IMG/VR virus record: IMGVR_UViG_3300037755_001214
Coordinates: 1-51,529 of that record
Direction: 5' to 3' (one strand)
Source: a virus
Lineage: Duplodnaviria > Caudoviricetes
Length of the DNA stretch: 51,529 nt
A program made the translations under genes and the position numbers. The notes under the pieces were generated by a model. That model was given only the letters and a program-made list of their open reading frames with translations, had not been told where the DNA came from and did no database searches. Positions 17,461 through 26,551 of the stretch are shown here, piece by piece (the stretch's first letter is position 1; every line of letters begins with the position of its first letter).

Positions 17461-18441
17461 TTACGGCGTGCCGCAAATCCAGTAAGAAACGGTGTGGCCG
17501 GCCGATGCGGCCACGGGAGTGGCCGCGGATGTCCAGATCGACGCGGTGATAACCGCGGCCGAGTTGACATAGCTTACCATTGCCCCGTCACCCGACACGT
17601 CCTCAGCCAGCGTGAATTGCGCCGCGGTAGGAGTCGACAGGCCGTGAGTAACGGCAGCCGCGCCGGTAATGACCTGGGTGCCCATAATGCACTTTTGGCC
17701 CGCTGCAGCAGCCTGGAAAACCAGGCCGGTCACAGCCCCGCCGTTGCCGACCGTAAAGACCGGCGTGGACGCCTTGCGAACTTCCAGCAGATTACTCACC
17801 CCGGCGCTGTTAACCACGGCGGCCGGTACGGCAGTGGCGACCGCCGTGGGAGCAGATACAACGATGTTACTGTTGACCGTTTGCGCCCCGCTGTGGGTGC
17901 CGGCTCCGATTGACGACCAGGCCCCGCCGTTGTTGATGGTGAAGACCGGTGTAGTCGCGTCGCGCACCTCTAGCAGATTCGCGCCGGCGGCCAGGCTGTC
18001 GATGATTACCGCCGGCGTGGCCGTGGTTGCGGCCGTGGGCTGGGCGACCACCACATTATTCAGGCTGCCAGAATCGAGCGTGTTAGCCGACGTCACCCCG
18101 CCCCCGTCGGCCACACTAAACACAGGCGTGCCGGCGTCGCGAACCTCGAAACAATTGCTGGCCCCGGCGCAGTCGATAACCACCGCCGGCGTCGCCGTGC
18201 CGATGGCCGCCGGCGCGGCTACCCGCACCGCGCCCACCGAGCCTTCTACGTTAAAAGTGGAGGTGCTGCCCTCGTCAGAGAACAGCGCCAGGTCCACCCC
18301 GTTCCAGCCCTCGACGCAGTTGCCGGCCTCGGTCGCGCACAGCAGGCTGGCCCGGATGGCTGACCCGGCCGGCGAAAAGGCCACCAACAGGCCGATCAGC
18401 AGAATGGCCAGGGTCGGCCAGAGAGTTTTTAAGTGTTTCAT
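17461..18441 (-). CDS. Ala/Thr/Gly-rich repeat protein with N-terminal signal-peptide-like sequence
   Basis: MKHLKTLWPTLAILLIGLLVAFSPAGSA; three ~55-aa repeats TPAVV...NxxEVR...TPVF; GAGGAG RBS. Confidence 0.75.
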   Translation of the reverse strand: MKHLKTLWPTLAILLIGLLVAFSPAGSAIRASLLCATEAGNCVEGWNGVDLALFSDEGSTSTFNVEGSVGAVRVAAPAAIGTATPAVVIDCAGASNCFEVRDAGTPVFSVADGGGVTSANTLDSGSLNNVVVAQPTAATTATPAVIIDSLAAGANLLEVRDATTPVFTINNGGAWSSIGAGTHSGAQTVNSNIVVSAPTAVATAVPAAVVNSAGVSNLLEVRKASTPVFTVGNGGAVTGLVFQAAAAGQKCIMGTQVITGAAAVTHGLSTPTAAQFTLAEDVSGDGAMVSYVNSAAVITASIWTSAATPVAASAGHTVSYWICGTP

Positions 18442-18519
18442 ATCGTTGCTCCTCGATGGGGGGAGGGCTGCCCCTTCCCCCCGGTTGATTTTTTCAGCAG
18501 GTAGCTCGCGCGGCCCGGC

Positions 18520-20025
18520 CTAAACCGTGACGTTGTAACCGCAGGACGAGCCTTCCCCGTTGTTCTTGAAGTCCAGCCGGAACGAGGCGATGAGATGCTG
18601 GGTATCGGTCACGATCTGGGTCAGGTCGCGGGCCGGGCTTTCGATGACGATCTTCCGGCCGAAGCCCACCACCCACCGGTCGGGCCGCACCAGCAGGAAC
18701 GAGCCCTTGGTGTTGTTGTTGGCCGTGTTGTGGATGTGCCCGCTGACGTCGGTCAGGCCGTACTTATCGGACACGACCACGTCGGAGCCGAAGACCTTGA
18801 CCAGCCGGCCGCTCTCGAACGTGCCCACGCCGCGAGAATTTTTCTCGGCGGTCAAAACCTCGCCCAGGGTCAGCGCCTTGCGGTACACGCCCGGGTCCAA
18901 AACCCAGAACAGCTTGTCCGGGTCCAGGGCGAACGCGCCGGCGGCGCCCAGCAGGGCCATCACGGCCGTAAAGTCTTCGGCGGTCACCGCGCCCCGATCG
19001 GAGGCGTTGGAGTTGGCCAGGGCGTAGTCGCGCAGGCCATTCGCCATTAGCAGGTGCCAGGTCGTAGCGACCGCGCCGTTGGCGTAGTCGGAGATATTGG
19101 TCGCGCCGGTTTCGGTGTCGCCGCTGATCAGGATCTCGTCGATCTGCTCCTCCAGGTCCTGCTTCAGCGCCATCTGCAAGGACGGCAGCATCGGGATAAT
19201 GCTGTCCTCGCCCAGTTCGCCGGTCCAGGACACCCAGGCCATCCCTTTGACCGGGGTCAGCACGACGTTACTGGTCGTGGCCTTGCTCATCTGGGCGGCC
19301 GCGGCGGCCAGGGTGAGCTCGCTCTGGTTGACCGTCTGAGCGATCTTATAGACCGTGGTCCGGCCGGCCAGGGTGGGGATGGTCAGGCTCTCACCGGGCA
19401 CTTCCACCTGCCGGAAGCGACGCAGCACCGGCGCGCCGTTGCGCACCAGGTCCCACAACTCCGGGCTCCACATCGCCGGCACCCACTGGTCGCCGTAGCT
19501 GCTGTAGTCGGACCGCATCAGCTCGTTCGATTTCATCGCCGGCCGGTCGGCCAGCTGCATCGGGTTCAGGGCCTTGACCGCCCGGGCCACCTTTTGACTC
19601 TCGTCCGGCGCGTACTCCCGCAGGATGTTACCGCGGGCGTCGCGGACGATCTGGTTGGCGGCGTAGTCGGGCGCCTCGACGGCTTTCAAGGCCTTGGCGT
19701 GCATGGCCCGGTAAAGCTCCGAAGAGGGAAGGGTGCCGGTCGCCTTCAGCATCTCGTACGCCAGGCCGAGCTGCCCCACGCTGAAGCCGTCCCAGCGACT
19801 GGACACGCTCACCGGCGCCGGGGACTCGCCCTCGGGCGCCGGATTGGGCAGCCGCTTGATCTGCTGCCGGCCGTCCTGGGTCGCCTGGGCCTCGCTGATC
19901 TGCGCCTTGAGCGTCTTCAGCTCCTCGGCGTCTTTTTCCAATTGCGCGATGCGCGCTTCATCGGCCTTCTTGGCTTCCCGCTTTTGCAGATAGGCCTCGA
20001 TGGCGTCTAATGTGATATCAGGCAT
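18520..20025 (-). CDS. Major capsid protein from an internal in-frame start (MPDITLDAIE..., 501 aa)
   Basis: AAGGAG RBS (20037-20032) 6 nt before ATG at 20025, following a low-complexity linker. Confidence 0.75.
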   Translation of the reverse strand: MPDITLDAIEAYLQKREAKKADEARIAQLEKDAEELKTLKAQISEAQATQDGRQQIKRLPNPAPEGESPAPVSVSSRWDGFSVGQLGLAYEMLKATGTLPSSELYRAMHAKALKAVEAPDYAANQIVRDARGNILREYAPDESQKVARAVKALNPMQLADRPAMKSNELMRSDYSSYGDQWVPAMWSPELWDLVRNGAPVLRRFRQVEVPGESLTIPTLAGRTTVYKIAQTVNQSELTLAAAAAQMSKATTSNVVLTPVKGMAWVSWTGELGEDSIIPMLPSLQMALKQDLEEQIDEILISGDTETGATNISDYANGAVATTWHLLMANGLRDYALANSNASDRGAVTAEDFTAVMALLGAAGAFALDPDKLFWVLDPGVYRKALTLGEVLTAEKNSRGVGTFESGRLVKVFGSDVVVSDKYGLTDVSGHIHNTANNNTKGSFLLVRPDRWVVGFGRKIVIESPARDLTQIVTDTQHLIASFRLDFKNNGEGSSCGYNVTV

Positions 20026-21324
20026 TTCAGTCTCCTTGTTTGGTTGATTCGTCTGACCTGCCTCGGCCGCCCCCGCACCGGAAGGCTGGCCACTCCGGGC
20101 CAATGCGTCCGCATCTACCGCCGAATCGGTCAAGATTTTCAAATTTAAGTGCGCGGCCTTGTAGGTCGCTTTCATCACCGGCAACGCTACGGCGTAGCTA
20201 TTGACCGGCATGTTGCCTTTGCGGGTGTCCATCAGGGACAGCTCGGCGATGGGCCACAAATCGATGTGCCCATCAGCCGCTTTTTTGAGCGGCCGGATCA
20301 GGTGCTGGATCGCTCCGGAGCTGGCCCGGGCCAGGCCCTTCTGGGCCGCTTCCCAGATGTCCCCGGCTGTTTTGCTGGCCTTGTTCAGCAGGACCCGGAA
20401 CCAGATCCCGTCCTCTCGCTGCTCGTAGCCCAGCTCCTCGCCGATGATCTCGGGGTCAGTCGGCCGGCCCTTGGTGTCCCAGCCGTGGTAGTGGACGATC
20501 GGCCGCTTGCCGATCTCCTCCAACCAGAAATCGGTCGAGGCGTCGAAATAGTCGCCGTCGCCGTCCTTGCCGTCCACCGGCCCGCCGTAGGGCGCGCCCA
20601 GTACGTCCAGCAGCCACTCGCCGCCGTCGTTCTTGATCGCCTTGACCATCGCGCCGTTGAACATGTACGGCTCGCCCAAAAGGTCGAAGTCGAACCGCTC
20701 GAAGGCGTACAGCAGGCTCGCCCGCTCGAAGGTGATCGGGATCGCCTCGATACTCTCCAGCGGCAGCGGCGCGTCCGGAGCGATGTAGGCCAGGGTGATG
20801 TGCGGCGTAAAGCCGTGGAGCATCGGGCCAGCCTGCATTGGCGGATATTGGTACTCGATATGGCTCATCAGCGAATCGTGCAGCCTCGGCAGGCTGGGTG
20901 CGTCGAACGAGACATAGAACGCCGCCTGGCCGTCGTCGTCGTGATTAAATTTGCCCACCCCGTTGACCATCCCCGTCACGGGCGGCGTACGGGCGGCCCA
21001 TTCCTGGACCATGGCCCGGGCGGCCTTCGAACTGATCCCGCCAGTTTCGCCCAGGTAGGCCAGGGTGATGTGCATCTCCTCCGGCGGCTCACCGCCAGGG
21101 AGCGCCAGCTTGCCGGCCACCTCGGGCGGGATCATCAGGGCCACAATGGCCCCGGTGTGGGCTTTGACGGCCTTGGCCGCCTCATTGGCGTGGAGCGCAG
21201 ATACCTGCTCCATCGCCTCCTCAGGGCTGTCGTGGCAGCCCAGAGAATCGCCTATTGGCTGGTCGTCGTCGCCTACCTTGTAGACGCAATGCTTACCGTT
21301 TTCTGAAAAAACATCCCAGGGCAT
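18520..21324 (-). CDS. 2H phosphoesterase - prohead protease - scaffold/major capsid protein fusion
   Basis: Two HITL motifs; protease motifs HYHG / SSG / ELSL; HK97-fold capsid features (WVPAMWSPELWDLV, ISGD, VFGSDVVVSD, RLDF). Confidence 0.85.
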   Translation of the reverse strand: MPWDVFSENGKHCVYKVGDDDQPIGDSLGCHDSPEEAMEQVSALHANEAAKAVKAHTGAIVALMIPPEVAGKLALPGGEPPEEMHITLAYLGETGGISSKAARAMVQEWAARTPPVTGMVNGVGKFNHDDDGQAAFYVSFDAPSLPRLHDSLMSHIEYQYPPMQAGPMLHGFTPHITLAYIAPDAPLPLESIEAIPITFERASLLYAFERFDFDLLGEPYMFNGAMVKAIKNDGGEWLLDVLGAPYGGPVDGKDGDGDYFDASTDFWLEEIGKRPIVHYHGWDTKGRPTDPEIIGEELGYEQREDGIWFRVLLNKASKTAGDIWEAAQKGLARASSGAIQHLIRPLKKAADGHIDLWPIAELSLMDTRKGNMPVNSYAVALPVMKATYKAAHLNLKILTDSAVDADALARSGQPSGAGAAEAGQTNQPNKETEMPDITLDAIEAYLQKREAKKADEARIAQLEKDAEELKTLKAQISEAQATQDGRQQIKRLPNPAPEGESPAPVSVSSRWDGFSVGQLGLAYEMLKATGTLPSSELYRAMHAKALKAVEAPDYAANQIVRDARGNILREYAPDESQKVARAVKALNPMQLADRPAMKSNELMRSDYSSYGDQWVPAMWSPELWDLVRNGAPVLRRFRQVEVPGESLTIPTLAGRTTVYKIAQTVNQSELTLAAAAAQMSKATTSNVVLTPVKGMAWVSWTGELGEDSIIPMLPSLQMALKQDLEEQIDEILISGDTETGATNISDYANGAVATTWHLLMANGLRDYALANSNASDRGAVTAEDFTAVMALLGAAGAFALDPDKLFWVLDPGVYRKALTLGEVLTAEKNSRGVGTFESGRLVKVFGSDVVVSDKYGLTDVSGHIHNTANNNTKGSFLLVRPDRWVVGFGRKIVIESPARDLTQIVTDTQHLIASFRLDFKNNGEGSSCGYNVTV

Positions 21325-21348
21325 AACCCCTCCTGAACCCCTTAACCC

Positions 21349-21807
21349 TCAGGGGTTAATAATTCGGACCTCGTCGAAGCCTTCCTCAAGCGCCGGCTCG
21401 GTCCGCACCCGCCGGCACTCCTCGTAAAAGTCGGCCGGCGTAACGTGATTCGTGCTTTGCCGGGCCTCGCTCTGGTTCCAGGCCAACGCCTGTTCAAGCG
21501 GCGTATCGAGCACCATACAAACGGCCCGGGCGCCGCAGCGGCGGGCCATCTGGACCCAGCGCGCCCGCTCGCCTTGCGTCAGGTTGATCCGGTCTATCGC
21601 TACGTCGATCTCCCCACACAGCAACTGCTCAACGATCGCATCCTCGGCCGCGTGGTACACCGGCCGTTTCTCGGCGCGCCAGGCGCCGGTCATCATCCGG
21701 TGCAGGTCGTCGTGCGAGACGCGAACCGCGGCCGGGACCATCTTCTCCAGGATGTAGGTGCTTTTGCCGGCGCCTGGCCAGCCAACGAAAACATAAAGCG
21801 TGCTCAT
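21349..21807 (-). CDS. P-loop kinase, polynucleotide-kinase/AAA_33-like
   Basis: GWPGAGKST Walker A, VSHDD, IDRINL...ER, and C-terminal EP...EEGFDEV typical of Pnk-type kinase domains. Confidence 0.8.
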   Translation of the reverse strand: MSTLYVFVGWPGAGKSTYILEKMVPAAVRVSHDDLHRMMTGAWRAEKRPVYHAAEDAIVEQLLCGEIDVAIDRINLTQGERARWVQMARRCGARAVCMVLDTPLEQALAWNQSEARQSTNHVTPADFYEECRRVRTEPALEEGFDEVRIINP

Positions 21808-22220
21808 CTTTTCAGCGTCTCCACGATCCTGTCCCTGGCCACCGTAAAGAAGCCCACGATTTGCCGGCGTTTCTCTTCCAGGATCTTCCGCGTCGTCGGC
21901 CAGACGCCCACGTGCATCCAGGCCTGGTGAGGATCCTCGTTCTCAGGGGCCATCACATACGGCCCGTACTCGGTCGGGTTGCTCACGAACGTCTCCACGC
22001 CAGTCGCAAATGGCTCGGTGTTCATCGCCCAGCTATTGCCCAGGCGCCTGGTGCGCCGATAGGTCGAGCCTGGCCGCTGCGGCGGGTAACTGCTGGCCCG
22101 CTGGTGCACCACCACCCGGCTTTTCTGGGTGGCGTCGGTCAGCTCTTTCAGGACAAATTGTGTGTTGCGCAGGGTCCGGACCAACTCCTCGGCGCCCTTG
22201 ACGGTGAAATTGACGTTCAT
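21804..22220 (-). CDS. HK97 gp10-like neck/tail-completion protein
   Basis: VKGAEEL...YRRTRRLGNSW...NPTEYGPYV pattern. Confidence 0.68.
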   Translation of the reverse strand: MNVNFTVKGAEELVRTLRNTQFVLKELTDATQKSRVVVHQRASSYPPQRPGSTYRRTRRLGNSWAMNTEPFATGVETFVSNPTEYGPYVMAPENEDPHQAWMHVGVWPTTRKILEEKRRQIVGFFTVARDRIVETLKR

Positions 22221-24556
22221 AGGCTAAAACTGAGACCACATCTACACCTCGGATGCGCCGGCGGAGCGTCGAATCCGCCCGGGAATGTCGCCCCTGGCTT
22301 CTTGGGCCGCGTCGCCCCGTTGAGCGGCCCGCAGATGGGGCAGACTAATTCATCGTTAGCCGTCAACCATGTGACCCCCTTGATCACGTCCAACTCGCCC
22401 GCGATCTCCAGGTTCACCTCGGCAAAAGCCCGGGTCACCTCAGTCGAGGCGATGAGCGAAGCCCGCCAGGCTGGGGCGATAACCTCGGCCAGATCTTTCT
22501 CTAAGGCAGGCAGCGGCTTACCGGTCAGCAGCCACTGCTTGATCTTGGGCCGGGCCAATTCCTTGGTGGTCTCGTCCAATTTTTTGGCCAGTTTCAACGC
22601 GTGCTTGCCGGCCCACTCTGCTACGCGCGCATTGACCTGCGCGTCCAGGCCCAGCCTGCTTTTGGCCAGGCCGACGACCGTCTCGCTGATGCCTTCCTCG
22701 CCCCACCGGTTTACGAACGGATCCAGGAAGCCGTCCAGTAGCTTTGTCTCCTCGGCCCAGAACGACGCCGGGGGAGGTTCACCGTTTGGCCCGACTGCCT
22801 GGGAGATGCGCCTGGCCTGCTCAGACAGCCAGTTCTGCATCGGGCCGGCAAATTTTTCCTCAAGCTTAAGCTGGATCTCGGGGATCTCGCCGGGTGTCCG
22901 CGCGGCGGACAAGGTCGCCTTCGTGGCGCTGTCTCCCACAATAACCAGGTGCTCGAATACCGCCTTGACTTCCGCCTCGTTCCGGCAATGGCCCAGCAGG
23001 GCGGCCAGCTCATACGAAGTGCTCTCCGGAATGGAATCGTCAAAATACACGTGCGGTGAGCGGCCGGACTTGACCTGCTTGATGGCAATCTTCTGCCAGG
23101 CGCCCAGCGCAGCCCGAACCGCCTTGACCTCGGCCGTGTCCTCTGGCGCCGGCTCTGTCTCCTCGATCACGTCCTCGACGCCGGCGGCCTCGCTGTCCTC
23201 CTGCACCTGGGCGTGCTTTGCCCCGGCGCTGCCGGGCATCGACGGCGGCGCGGCGAAGCCGGGAACCGCTGCGGTTCCCGGTATCTTGACGACCAGGCCC
23301 ACGACCTGGTCGAGTATCCGGGTCGGAATGTCGCTCCACAGGTCCAGTCCTTCGAATCCCTCCGCCTCGATCTTGAGCGCCGGCAGCGGCTTCATTCCGC
23401 GCTGCTCGCGTGTCTCGTTGAGAGAATAAGACGGCCAGTACTGCACCGCCTCCTGCACCTCCAGGCTGCGGTCCTGCGGCCGGATGTCCTCGAACTCAGC
23501 GAAGACGTTCTCGCCGAAATACGGCCGCACGAGCTGAGTCGTGAGTTGACCGGCCAGCATCGTCAGCACCGGCCAGACGGTGTTATCCAGGAACCAACGC
23601 CAGGATTCTTTGTCAGTCTCCAGCGGCACGCCCAGCGTCTCGTAGATCTCCTTGCGATTGAACTCGCGGCCGGCCAGGAACTCCATTTCCTGGTGCGTCT
23701 CCTGGGCAAACTCCACGTCGATAGTCCCGGCCCGGGTAACCATCCGCTTGCCGACGTTCTCCCGCAGCTCGGCCTTGACCCGGTTGAACTGCTCGTTCGA
23801 CAGTTCAGCCGGCACGCTGACGATGCTGGCCGGCAGCCCCTTCTCCTGGTCGAACAGGTTGGTATTCCAGTCGCTCTGGGCGTTGTCCAGCACCACCGGC
23901 CGGGTTGCGGCCCGCAGCGGCGGCAGCGAGGCGTACAGGTCGAACGGGTCGGGAAAACGCAGGTAGATGACGTTGTCGACCGGGATAGGGATCTCCTGCC
24001 CGCCCTGGAAGGTGTAGATGAAGCCGGCGAACAGCCGCTCGGGATTGGACGACATATCCGGCAGCGGCCGGACCCGGTTGAACGGCATCGGCCATATCTC
24101 GCCGATGTTGCCGTGCAGGTCGGGATACAGGAACCAGTAGGCCGCCCGCATGTAGAGCGAGTAGATCGTGTGCAGCCACAGGTATTCCCGGCTCATATCC
24201 GGGTTAGGCGTCTGCACCAGCAGCTCCAGCGGGTGGTTGGGGATGTCCTCGGTTTCCTCGCCCACACGTCTCTTGATGTTCAAGAAAGAGGGCAGGCTGG
24301 CCATTCCGATCTTGTTGATGGCCGCATAGGACCAGCCCGTGGCCAACGCCAGCCGGGCCGTTCTCTCGTCCTGCCACAATCGCCAATCCTGGTACTGCCC
24401 GCCCGGCGGTACGTCGCGGGTGACCGGGTTGCCCAGGCCGCGTAATTGTTCGGGCGCTTCGCCCTTGGCGCGCCCGAAGGGGCGTGTAGCCAGGCCGCCG
24501 CGCTGCAGCGTCAGGAAGCTGCGGGCGCTGTGAATGATGTCTCCCAGTGTTAGCAC
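22217..24556 (-). CDS. Portal protein fused to MuF/SPP1 gp7-like minor head domain
   Basis: Portal motifs (HPLELL..PNPDMS, EIWPMP, VIYLR.PDP); C-terminal IASTEVTRA, WLTANDELVCPICGPLNG, PPAHPRCRC; GTG at 24556 overlapping the terL stop chosen as start. Confidence 0.85.
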   Translation of the reverse strand: MLTLGDIIHSARSFLTLQRGGLATRPFGRAKGEAPEQLRGLGNPVTRDVPPGGQYQDWRLWQDERTARLALATGWSYAAINKIGMASLPSFLNIKRRVGEETEDIPNHPLELLVQTPNPDMSREYLWLHTIYSLYMRAAYWFLYPDLHGNIGEIWPMPFNRVRPLPDMSSNPERLFAGFIYTFQGGQEIPIPVDNVIYLRFPDPFDLYASLPPLRAATRPVVLDNAQSDWNTNLFDQEKGLPASIVSVPAELSNEQFNRVKAELRENVGKRMVTRAGTIDVEFAQETHQEMEFLAGREFNRKEIYETLGVPLETDKESWRWFLDNTVWPVLTMLAGQLTTQLVRPYFGENVFAEFEDIRPQDRSLEVQEAVQYWPSYSLNETREQRGMKPLPALKIEAEGFEGLDLWSDIPTRILDQVVGLVVKIPGTAAVPGFAAPPSMPGSAGAKHAQVQEDSEAAGVEDVIEETEPAPEDTAEVKAVRAALGAWQKIAIKQVKSGRSPHVYFDDSIPESTSYELAALLGHCRNEAEVKAVFEHLVIVGDSATKATLSAARTPGEIPEIQLKLEEKFAGPMQNWLSEQARRISQAVGPNGEPPPASFWAEETKLLDGFLDPFVNRWGEEGISETVVGLAKSRLGLDAQVNARVAEWAGKHALKLAKKLDETTKELARPKIKQWLLTGKPLPALEKDLAEVIAPAWRASLIASTEVTRAFAEVNLEIAGELDVIKGVTWLTANDELVCPICGPLNGATRPKKPGATFPGGFDAPPAHPRCRCGLSFSL

Positions 24557-26079
24557 TAGAAAAACCCTATATCGAAAGTCAGGCCGGGGGCATAGGCCAG
24601 GTTGAGGCCATCCATATCGTCCGGACTGCGCTTGATTCGTTTTTTGGTTTCGACCTTCGGTTCGACCACGCGCCTCCCCTGATTGTCCAGTTTCCACGTC
24701 GGCGCCATTGCCTGCCGCCGGATCTCGCGCCGGCTTTCTGCCGGCAGCCGGGCCAGGCTCAGCCGCCCCTCGTCAGCCCGCTCTGCCGTGGCGAACCACA
24801 GCTCGCTGCGCCGGTTGGGATAGTGCTCCGACTCAAAGGCGGCGCTGGCCCCGGAAACCGGGATAAAGTTGTACTCGCCGGCCTGGTCGACCACCCCGCC
24901 GCCCACGCCGTCGTCGTCCACCTTGACCGCAAGCTCGCGGCCCTCGGTCCCACAGTGCTGGCCCCACCGGTCCGCCAGTTGCTTCAGCCGGCCGGCCGTC
25001 TCGCTCGTGGACCAGCCATTGGCGGCCTCATGGTGCAAGCTGACCGGGCCGCGCCGGACGTGGATCGTCGTAAAATCGTCGCCGTAACGGGCCACGTCGC
25101 AGCCGATCTCGCACGGCTCGTCAGCGGGCTCCGGCAGGACCAGCAGCTCCGCGCTCTGCCAGGCCGCGTCGCTCCAGACGTTATTCGTCGCCTGCGATGG
25201 CCAGCGGCCTAGCAGGCGCGCCTCGGCGATCGGGCCGGGCCTGAGATACTGGCCGCTGCCCGGTGGCCACTCAACGTCCGTCGCCTTCCGACCGGAGGGA
25301 GCTTCGACCGGCCGGCACCATTTCCGGAGCAGGGTCTCTACCCGGGCCAGTCGAATTGCCGCCGGAAACGGCGGAGGCTCTCCGCGCAGTTCGGCGATGA
25401 TATTCGGATGTTCGAGCACCGAGATGCTGACGACGTGCCAGCCGCCCAGCATCTCCTCGGTGTACGCCTGGCTCGACGTGTCGGTCGGGTTGAAGATGGC
25501 CAGCCAGGCATGGCCCTCGCCGCTGAACATCGACTCGGCCGTTTCCCAGAAGATCGAATCGACCCCCACCGCTTCGTCGAACACGATCAGCGTGTGCTCG
25601 CTGTGGTTGCCCTGGAACGAAGCGCCGTCTTTGGCCGTGAAGCCGTGGGCGAAGTGATCCTCGCTCGATTCCAGGCGGGGCATCTTTGGCCCCGGAAATC
25701 CGCCGCGGCCGCGCCGCTGCTTGCGAACCTCCTTCCACAACAGGTCCTTGACCTGCCGATCGGTTGGCGCCGTGGTCAGCGCTAAGCCAGGGTCATAGCT
25801 GTCGTACCACCAGTTGACGACCCCGCCGCCGAGGTGGGTCTTGCCAACCTTGTGACAGGCCTTGACCAGGACCCTGTACGGCGGCTGTAGAAGCAGCCGG
25901 GCTACCTGGATCTGTTTCGGCCACCATCTGACACCCAGGACGTCGCGGGCGTAACCGTCCGGGTCATCCCGGTAGCGGGCCGAGAGTGACGTCCCCGCGC
26001 GCTGCCGGCGGCGCAACTCAAGCTGGGCCTCCGCTTGCTGCTTAGGTGATGACTTCAATCGGATCCTCTCCGGCGGCAA
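24556..26079 (-). CDS. terL: Terminase large subunit
   Basis: VKACHKVGKT Walker A, IVFDEA Walker B, IFNP, GCDVARYGDD nuclease motif, RSPDDMD. Confidence 0.93.
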   Translation of the reverse strand: MPPERIRLKSSPKQQAEAQLELRRRQRAGTSLSARYRDDPDGYARDVLGVRWWPKQIQVARLLLQPPYRVLVKACHKVGKTHLGGGVVNWWYDSYDPGLALTTAPTDRQVKDLLWKEVRKQRRGRGGFPGPKMPRLESSEDHFAHGFTAKDGASFQGNHSEHTLIVFDEAVGVDSIFWETAESMFSGEGHAWLAIFNPTDTSSQAYTEEMLGGWHVVSISVLEHPNIIAELRGEPPPFPAAIRLARVETLLRKWCRPVEAPSGRKATDVEWPPGSGQYLRPGPIAEARLLGRWPSQATNNVWSDAAWQSAELLVLPEPADEPCEIGCDVARYGDDFTTIHVRRGPVSLHHEAANGWSTSETAGRLKQLADRWGQHCGTEGRELAVKVDDDGVGGGVVDQAGEYNFIPVSGASAAFESEHYPNRRSELWFATAERADEGRLSLARLPAESRREIRRQAMAPTWKLDNQGRRVVEPKVETKKRIKRSPDDMDGLNLAYAPGLTFDIGFF

Positions 26080-26551
26080 TCCGCTGCAGCTGCTCGTCGC
26101 TCAGCTTCGACATGTCGAAGTTCAGGTTCCGGTTAGCGAACAGGCCGCGATGCTGGCCGATCAGCCGCAGCGCCGCCTGGCTGTCGTGAAACTCGACCAC
26201 CAGATAGCCGTGCCGGTCGTAGGCGATTTTTTTGACGCAGCTGCCCAGGCCGGCCTCGCGGATTTTGACCAGGTCGATTTTGACCAGATCGATCTTTACC
26301 TCGTCACTCTTGCCGGTATCGACGAACCGCAACGGGTCGAACCGGGCCTGTTCCGCCAGGCGCACCAGGACCTCGTCGGCTGATAGGGTTATCTCCTCCA
26401 GCCGGACCTTGATCGCTGCCCGAATGTCAACATTTGACAACAACCGGCTGCCGGCCTGGCGCGGGTGAGCGTAGCCGGCCAGCTCGGCGGCTTTCGTCGC
26501 GTTCCAGTATTGGAGATAGAATTCGACGAAGGCAGCTTGCTTGTTGCTCAT
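26042..26551 (-). CDS. terS: Terminase small subunit
   Basis: KQAAFVEFYL..WNATKAAELAGY...GSRLL HTH typical of TerS, directly upstream of terL. Confidence 0.9.
   Translation of the reverse strand: MSNKQAAFVEFYLQYWNATKAAELAGYAHPRQAGSRLLSNVDIRAAIKVRLEEITLSADEVLVRLAEQARFDPLRFVDTGKSDEVKIDLVKIDLVKIREAGLGSCVKKIAYDRHGYLVVEFHDSQAALRLIGQHRGLFANRNLNFDMSKLSDEQLQRIAAGEDPIEVIT

Noticed and set aside
21861-24445. Long plus-strand ORFs opposite structural genes (e.g. 21861-23429, 23213-24445; likewise 49037-50284 on the minus strand)
   Set aside because: Antisense shadows expected in high-GC coding DNA; no motifs or RBS
26262-26300. VKIDL tandem duplication in terS
   Set aside because: Simple 15-bp slippage duplication with no wider pattern
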